Origin: Alkalispirochaeta sp.
Lineage (GTDB): Bacteria > Spirochaetota > Spirochaetia > DSM-27196 > Alkalispirochaetaceae
Reading direction: 5' to 3'
Length of the DNA stretch: 64,000 bases
Assembly: GCA_965601925.1 (NCBI GenBank)
Contig: OZ271854.1
Coordinates: 3,552,001 to 3,616,000, forward strand
This document shows positions 58,251 through 64,000 of the stretch, piece by piece. Each line of letters opens with the position of its first letter. Position 1 is the stretch's first letter. Under the pieces are notes generated by a model that had not been told where the DNA came from, made no database searches, and saw only the letters and a list, made by a program, of their open reading frames with translations. The position numbers and the translations under genes were made by a program.

Positions 58251-59993
58251 ATGAAGCAGCACTGGACTTTTTGGAAGCCACTGGTAATCGCCGCCCTCGC
58301 CGAAGTGGCGGGAAACGCGGCTGATCGCGATACACTGGTGTCGGCGCTTCTTGTAGAGACGCCCCCGGATACGACGAAGGGCGACATCGCCTTTCCGCTA
58401 TTTCCCTTTGCCCGCTTACTCAAGCGTAACCCGACCCAGATTGCAGCCGCGGTAGCCGAGCGACTCTCCGAGAACGAGGCGATAGGCGACGCGCGCGTCG
58501 AGGCGGCCGGCCCGTATGTGAACGTCTTTCTCGATCGTGGTCGCGTCGCCGCGGAGATCATAAATGCCGTCCTCGCGGCCGAGGACTCCTACGGTAACGG
58601 CTCGGCCCTCGCCGGGCAGCGTGTCATGATCGAGTTCAGCGGCCCCAACACCAACAAACCTCTCCATCTCGGTCACTTGCGCAACGACGCGCTGGGCGAG
58701 AGCGTCTCACGACTCTTGCACGCCGCCGGCGCCGAGGTGCGGAAGGTTAACATCGTCAACGATCGCGGTATCCATATATGTAAGTCGATGCTCGCCTACA
58801 AGCGCTTCGGTAATGGAAGTACTCCGGAGAGCGAAGGGAAGAAACCCGACCATTTCGTCGGCGACTACTATGTGCGCTATGCGCAGTGGGAGAAGGAGGA
58901 ACCCGGCGCCGAGGCTGAAGCGCGCGCAATGCTCGAGGCGTGGGAGGCCGGCGACGCGGAGACGCAGGAGCTGTGGCGGCGCATGAACGACTGGGCGGTT
59001 ACCGGCATCAAAGAGACGTATCGGCGCACCGGCGTCTCCTTCGACGATACGTACTACGAGAGTAAGACGTACGCATTGGGCCGAGAGGAGGTCCTGAAAG
59101 GGCTGGAACAAGGGGTTTTTTTCCGCGACGAGAAGGAGACTGTGTGGGTCGATCTCACCGATATCGAACTCGACAAGAAGGTGCTTCTCCGCGGCGACGG
59201 CACATCGCTGTACCTAACGCAGGATATCGGTACCGCCATCCGGCGTTACGAGGACTGGCCCTTCGACGCGCTTATCTACATTGTGGGGTCTGAGCAGCGT
59301 TACCACTTCCAGGTACTTTTCGAGGTGCTGAAGAGACTCGGTAAGAAATGGGCGGGTAACCTGTATCACCTCGCCTACGGCATGGTAAATCTTCCGGACG
59401 GGAAGATGAAATCGCGTGAGGGCACCATCGTCGACGCCGACGATCTCGTCGATAGCTTGGCCGCCATGGCGGAGGAGGAGATCCGCTCCAAGGGGCGCGA
59501 AGAGCACGTAGAGGACGTGGTCGGCACGGCGGAGAAAATCGCGCTCGCAGCGCTGCATTACTATCTCCTACAGACCGGACCGGTTAAGGACATGGTATTC
59601 AATCCCAAGGAGTCGCTGTCGTTCTCGGGCAATACGGGACCCTATCTTCAATACGTCGGGGCGCGCATCTCCAGTATGCTTCGTAAGGAGAGGGCCCCCG
59701 ATACCGCCTCGCCGCGTCGTCCCGACTCGGAGGAGGAGTGGCAGCTCATTCATCGTCTCGCGGAGTATCCGCACGTCGTGGTGGACGCCGCGGTGAATCG
59801 CAATCCGTCGATGGTGGCGGGATTCTTGTACGAGACCGCAAAGACCTTCTCTCGTTTTTATCACGACCATCCGATCGCCGTCGCAGAGGACGCATCGCAG
59901 AGAGAGTTCCGCCTCGCTTTGTCCCGTGCCGTGGTCAATGTCATGCAAAATGGGCTCTATCTCCTCAACATGCCGTTTGTAGAGGCTATGTAA
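58251..59993 (+). CDS. argS: Arginine--tRNA ligase
   Basis: EFSGPNTNKPLHLGHLRN, DG...Y.TQD, GKMKSREG, GNTGPYLQY, ends M. Confidence 0.97.
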   Translation: MKQHWTFWKPLVIAALAEVAGNAADRDTLVSALLVETPPDTTKGDIAFPLFPFARLLKRNPTQIAAAVAERLSENEAIGDARVEAAGPYVNVFLDRGRVAAEIINAVLAAEDSYGNGSALAGQRVMIEFSGPNTNKPLHLGHLRNDALGESVSRLLHAAGAEVRKVNIVNDRGIHICKSMLAYKRFGNGSTPESEGKKPDHFVGDYYVRYAQWEKEEPGAEAEARAMLEAWEAGDAETQELWRRMNDWAVTGIKETYRRTGVSFDDTYYESKTYALGREEVLKGLEQGVFFRDEKETVWVDLTDIELDKKVLLRGDGTSLYLTQDIGTAIRRYEDWPFDALIYIVGSEQRYHFQVLFEVLKRLGKKWAGNLYHLAYGMVNLPDGKMKSREGTIVDADDLVDSLAAMAEEEIRSKGREEHVEDVVGTAEKIALAALHYYLLQTGPVKDMVFNPKESLSFSGNTGPYLQYVGARISSMLRKERAPDTASPRRPDSEEEWQLIHRLAEYPHVVVDAAVNRNPSMVAGFLYETAKTFSRFYHDHPIAVAEDASQREFRLALSRAVVNVMQNGLYLLNMPFVEAM

Positions 59994-60114
59994 TACGAAA
60001 ATGTAGTACGAAACGGTAGGTTATCCTACCAAAATGTATTTCTTACATTTTGGTTGTGTGAGTAATACTAAAATAAGTAGTTCTCCGATAGCAACTTACG
60101 TTTTTTTTATTATA

Positions 60115-60131
60115 TTGGTACGAAGATTGCA
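60115..60131 (+). promoter_or_regulatory. sigma54 promoter of gltB
   Basis: TTGGTAC-GAAGA-TTGCA (-24 GG / -12 GC). Confidence 0.8.
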
Positions 60132-60166
60132 TAGTGATAGAGAGCGTAAGTGCGCAAGGAGAGTTC

Positions 60167-63100
60167 ATGCTACGGAAGGTTAGGCCCGGAAAACAACTTC
60201 TCTACGATCCGCAGTTCGAGCACGATTCGTGCGGCGTCGGGTTTGTCGCCCATCTAAAGGGTGCGGCGAGTCACGACCTGATACCCAAGGCGCGGGAAAT
60301 ACTGGTCAACATGACCCACCGCGGCGCCGTGGGCGCGGAGAAAGACACCGGGGACGGGGCGGGCATTCTCACTGCGCTTCCCCACGCTCTTCTGGAGCGT
60401 ATCGCCGAGAAGGAGCTCGGAACGGACCTCCCCGAACGCGGGCGATTCGCCGCGGGTCTCTTTTTTCTACCCCAGGATAAGAGTGAGCGCACACACTGCG
60501 AGGCGGCGTTCGAGCGTATCGTGGCCGAGGAGGGACAACGCTTTCTGGGATGGCGCGACGTACCGCGGGACGGATCCGGAATCGGCCCGAGCGCGCGTGC
60601 CGCCGAGCCGGTCATTCGCCAGGCCTTCGTCGCCGCCGGGAACTCGGTCGATTCCGAGCAGTTTGAGCGAAAACTGTACGTCATTCGTAAACGAGCTACC
60701 CACACGATTCGAGGTGGGCGCCACGACGGGTCGCACTTTTTTTACATCTGTAGTCTGAGCACTCGCAACATCGTATACAAAGGAATGCTCACACCGGACC
60801 AGCTCTTTCGCTACTATCTCGATCTTTCGGACCCGCTCTACGACACGCACCTCGCCATGGTCCATAGCCGTTTCTCGACCAACACCTTTCCCAGCTGGGA
60901 CCGGGCGCAACCCTTGCGGTTCATGAGTCACAACGGGGAGATCAACACGCTCCGAGGCAATGTGAACAAGATGCGTGCTCGGGAGGGAACCCTCGAGAGC
61001 GAGCTCTTCGGCGCGGATATCAAGAAAATAATGCCGGTCATCGAGCCGGACCTCTCGGACTCGGGAAGTTTCGACAACGTGTTGGAGCTGCTGCTCCAAA
61101 GCGGGCGAGAGCTCCCGGAGGCGGTCATGATGATGGTTCCCGAGGCGTGGCAGAACCACCGCCACATGCCGGACGTCGGAAGCGCCATGTACGAGTTCAT
61201 GAGCGCCCAAATGGAACCGTGGGACGGCCCGGCGTCCATTACCTTTACCGATGGGAAGGTCATCGGTGCCGTTCTGGACCGCAACGGATTGCGACCGAGC
61301 CGGTACTATCTCACCAGCGATGACCTGGTCATCATGGCGAGTGAGGTCGGGGTGCTGCCCGTCGATCCGGCGACGGTGGTGCAGAAGGGGCGCCTGCAGC
61401 CCGGCCGTATGTTTTTAGTCGACTTCGATGAGGGGCGGATTGCCGACGATGTGGAACTCAAGAACGGCTTCGCCGCGCGGCACCCCTTCCGGCGGTGGCT
61501 CGACGAGCAACGCATCTCGATGGCATCACTCCCGGAGCCCTCGCACATCCACGGCCTTGAGAGCTCGACGATTCTCGATCGAATGCGCGCCTTCGGATTT
61601 ACGTTGGAGCACCTGAAACTGATCCTCGCTCCCATGGCGGAGAACGCCGTAGAGCCTCTCGGTTCCATGGGAAACGATACTCCGTTGGCGGTCCTTTCCG
61701 ACCGACCGCGGCTGATCTACGACTATTTCAAACAGCTGTTCGCTCAGGTCACCAACCCCCCGATCGACTCTATTCGCGAAGAGGTGATCATGAGCCTCGG
61801 TTCGTACATCGGACCGGAGGGCAACCTCCTCGTTCACAGTCCCGAAGATGCTCACCGCCTGTGGCTCGACCATCCGATTCTCAGTAACGGCCGGACGGCG
61901 CAGCTGAAGGAGATGGACCACCGGGGATGGCGGTCGAAGATCGTCGATATCACCTACCCGGTGGAGGCGGGAGAGGCGGGGCTGCAAGAGGCTCTGGAGC
62001 GCATCGCCGACGAAGTGGAAGCGGCGATAGGCGAGGGATTCAGCCTCGCGGTCCTCTCCGATCGTGCCGTGGGTGTGGAGCGCGTTCCCGTCTCGGCGCT
62101 GCTTGCCACCGGTACGGTGCACCACAGGCTCGTACGGAACCATAGTCGCACGCGGATCGGCATCGTTGTGGAGAGCGGCGAACCTCGAGAGGTGCACCAC
62201 TTCTGCACGTTGGTGGGATACGGCGCCGATGCGATCAACCCGTATCTTGCGTACGAGGCGATGTGGCACTTGAGGCGGGACGGCGAGATTCGTGACGACC
62301 TCACCGACGAGGCGATCGTGGAGGCGTACCAGTACGCGATTCAGAAGGGCATGCGTAAGGTCTTCGGCAAGATGGGGATCAGCACCTTGGAGAGCTACAA
62401 GGGAGCGCAGATCTTCGAGGCCGTCGGTCTCGCCGAGGAGGTGGTGGATTACGCCTTCGTCGGTACCTCGAGCCGTATCCAAGGCGTGGGATTTCGCCAG
62501 TTGGCCTCCGAGGCGTTGCGGCGTCATGAACTCGGATGGCCCGTCGGCAATCGAGCGATCGGCGCGGAGTATCTCAATCCCGGCGACTACCAGTGGCGCT
62601 TCGGCGGAGAGAAGCATATGTGGGACCCCGAGTCGATCGCCGACCTGCAACGGGCGGCGCGCCAGGGCGATAGGGAGGCGTTCGGCCGTTTCAGTGCCCG
62701 ACAAAACCGGCGCAGCGTCGAGCAGGCGACGCTCCGGGGACTTCTCGCGTTCAAGAAGGGGAGTGCCGTTCCGATCGACGAGGTCGAACCGGTGGAGGCG
62801 ATCATGCGACGCTTCGTCACCGGGGCGATGAGTTACGGCTCTATCAGCCTGGAGGCGCACGAGACGCTTGCCCTGGCGATGAACCGCATCGGAGGCAAGT
62901 CCAACACCGGCGAGGGTGGCGAGATCCGCGCGCGCTACACGCCCCTGGCCGACGGAAGCAGCAAGCGGTCGGCGATCAAGCAGGTCGCCTCGGGGCGTTT
63001 CGGCGTCACGATCGAGTACCTCACCAACTCCGACGAGATGCAGATCAAGATGGCCCAGGGCGCCAAGCCCGGCGAGGGCGGAGAGCTTCCGGGGCACAAG

Positions 63101-64000
63101 GTCTTCGATTCGATCGCCGCCACGCGATACTCGACCCCCGGCGTGGGATTGATCAGTCCACCGCCGCACCACGATATCTATTCGATCGAGGATCTCGCGC
63201 AGTTGATATTCGACCTCAAGAATGCCAACCCTTCCGCGCGGGTGAGTGTAAAACTGGTGAGCGAAGTGGGCGTCGGAACGATCGCCGCGGGGGTCGCCAA
63301 GGCGCACGCCGACCACATCCTCATCTCGGGCCACGACGGCGGCACCGGCGCGAGTCCCCTCACGGGCATCAAAAACGCCGGATTGCCGTGGGAGCTCGGC
63401 ATCGCCGAGACGCATCAGACCTTAGTGATGAACGACTTGCGCAGCCGCGTGGTTCTACAGACCGACGGGCAGATCAAAACGGGGCGCGATGTGGTCATCG
63501 CCGCGATGCTCGGCGCTGAGGAGGTCGGCTTTGCCACCGGCGCCTTGGTGGCTATGGGGTGCATCATGATGCGGAAGTGCGAGAAGAACACCTGCCCGGT
63601 GGGAATCGCCACTCAGGACGAACGGTTGCGCAAGAAGTTCACCGGCGAGGCCGAGCACGTCGTGAACCTAATGCGTTTCATCGCCGAAGAGGTGCGCGAG
63701 ATCATGGCGAATCTCGGACTTCGCACCTGGGACGAGTTGGTCGGTCGCGTCGATATGCTGACGGTCGACGAGGCGGTACGCAACTGGAAGAGTGAGGGCA
63801 TCGACCTGTCGGCGCTTCTTACGCCGGTCACGGTACCGCGGGGGCACAGCGGCATCTTCTGCTGCATTCCCCAGGACCACGGCATCGAGAGCATCTTGGA
63901 TCGAACGCTCATTGAGGCTGCCGGTCCCCTCTTTGAACGGGGCGACGCCGTCTCGGTCGAGCTTCCCATCCAGAACACGGACCGAACGACCGGCGGCATG
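60167..64000 (+). CDS. gltB: Glutamate synthase large subunit (partial, runs off window end)
   Basis: My translation from ATG 60167: [93 protein letters not shown]....CP.G. Confidence 0.97.
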   Translation, partial: MLRKVRPGKQLLYDPQFEHDSCGVGFVAHLKGAASHDLIPKAREILVNMTHRGAVGAEKDTGDGAGILTALPHALLERIAEKELGTDLPERGRFAAGLFFLPQDKSERTHCEAAFERIVAEEGQRFLGWRDVPRDGSGIGPSARAAEPVIRQAFVAAGNSVDSEQFERKLYVIRKRATHTIRGGRHDGSHFFYICSLSTRNIVYKGMLTPDQLFRYYLDLSDPLYDTHLAMVHSRFSTNTFPSWDRAQPLRFMSHNGEINTLRGNVNKMRAREGTLESELFGADIKKIMPVIEPDLSDSGSFDNVLELLLQSGRELPEAVMMMVPEAWQNHRHMPDVGSAMYEFMSAQMEPWDGPASITFTDGKVIGAVLDRNGLRPSRYYLTSDDLVIMASEVGVLPVDPATVVQKGRLQPGRMFLVDFDEGRIADDVELKNGFAARHPFRRWLDEQRISMASLPEPSHIHGLESSTILDRMRAFGFTLEHLKLILAPMAENAVEPLGSMGNDTPLAVLSDRPRLIYDYFKQLFAQVTNPPIDSIREEVIMSLGSYIGPEGNLLVHSPEDAHRLWLDHPILSNGRTAQLKEMDHRGWRSKIVDITYPVEAGEAGLQEALERIADEVEAAIGEGFSLAVLSDRAVGVERVPVSALLATGTVHHRLVRNHSRTRIGIVVESGEPREVHHFCTLVGYGADAINPYLAYEAMWHLRRDGEIRDDLTDEAIVEAYQYAIQKGMRKVFGKMGISTLESYKGAQIFEAVGLAEEVVDYAFVGTSSRIQGVGFRQLASEALRRHELGWPVGNRAIGAEYLNPGDYQWRFGGEKHMWDPESIADLQRAARQGDREAFGRFSARQNRRSVEQATLRGLLAFKKGSAVPIDEVEPVEAIMRRFVTGAMSYGSISLEAHETLALAMNRIGGKSNTGEGGEIRARYTPLADGSSKRSAIKQVASGRFGVTIEYLTNSDEMQIKMAQGAKPGEGGELPGHKVFDSIAATRYSTPGVGLISPPPHHDIYSIEDLAQLIFDLKNANPSARVSVKLVSEVGVGTIAAGVAKAHADHILISGHDGGTGASPLTGIKNAGLPWELGIAETHQTLVMNDLRSRVVLQTDGQIKTGRDVVIAAMLGAEEVGFATGALVAMGCIMMRKCEKNTCPVGIATQDERLRKKFTGEAEHVVNLMRFIAEEVREIMANLGLRTWDELVGRVDMLTVDEAVRNWKSEGIDLSALLTPVTVPRGHSGIFCCIPQDHGIESILDRTLIEAAGPLFERGDAVSVELPIQNTDRTTGGM

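Noticed and set aside
61526..63415. 629-aa minus-strand ORF and other minus ORFs beyond 60.2 kb
   Set aside because: Antisense shadows of gltB, which the ORF track missed because it lacks a stop in the window
1..64000. CRISPR array, cas genes, rRNA or prophage
   Set aside because: No regularly spaced repeats or recognisable cas, rRNA or phage structural sequences seen; repeats at 4365-4425 are IS481 subterminal motifs

Overview
Spirochaete-like, GC-rich chromosomal window (Spirochaetaceae-type gene content and order; taxonomy is inferred, not searched). 1-17.6 kb is a sedentary integron. intI (16317-17585, +) faces away from attI (~16212-16218) and a minus-strand cassette array. From attI outward the array holds: a TM-TPR protein whose attC is split by an IS1182-family element; a decayed Phd/ParE TA plus RHH-Cys cassette; a 5-kb antisense cassette encoding Vsr, a GHKL-ATPase/histidine kinase, a receiver-effector protein and a C5 methylase; an intact copy of the TA cassette; higBA; IS481; a WYL regulator/alpha-beta hydrolase pair; and GNATs. 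attC sites decay along the array. 17.9-64 kb is mostly core genome: glnK-amt-NifA-like activator, pyk, rpsF-ssb-rpsR-DUF2232-rplI-dnaB-comFB, maf-rpsB-tsf-frr-uppS-cdsA-rseP, tRNA-Arg(CCG), a DeoR-linked TPP dehydrogenase complex plus SDR operon, MFS, lipoproteins, cimA with an Ile-rich attenuator, argS and a sigma54-driven gltB (truncated by the window edge). The two best candidates for undescribed systems are (i) a two-gene operon at 51.4-53.3 kb, in which an Asp-motif (isoprenoid-synthase-like) protein ends in a ComX-pheromone-like Trp tail and is coupled to a membrane histidine kinase, and (ii) the nuclease-free Vsr/GHKL-kinase/receiver/methylase integron cassette. All calls come from reading motifs by eye; no database searches were run.
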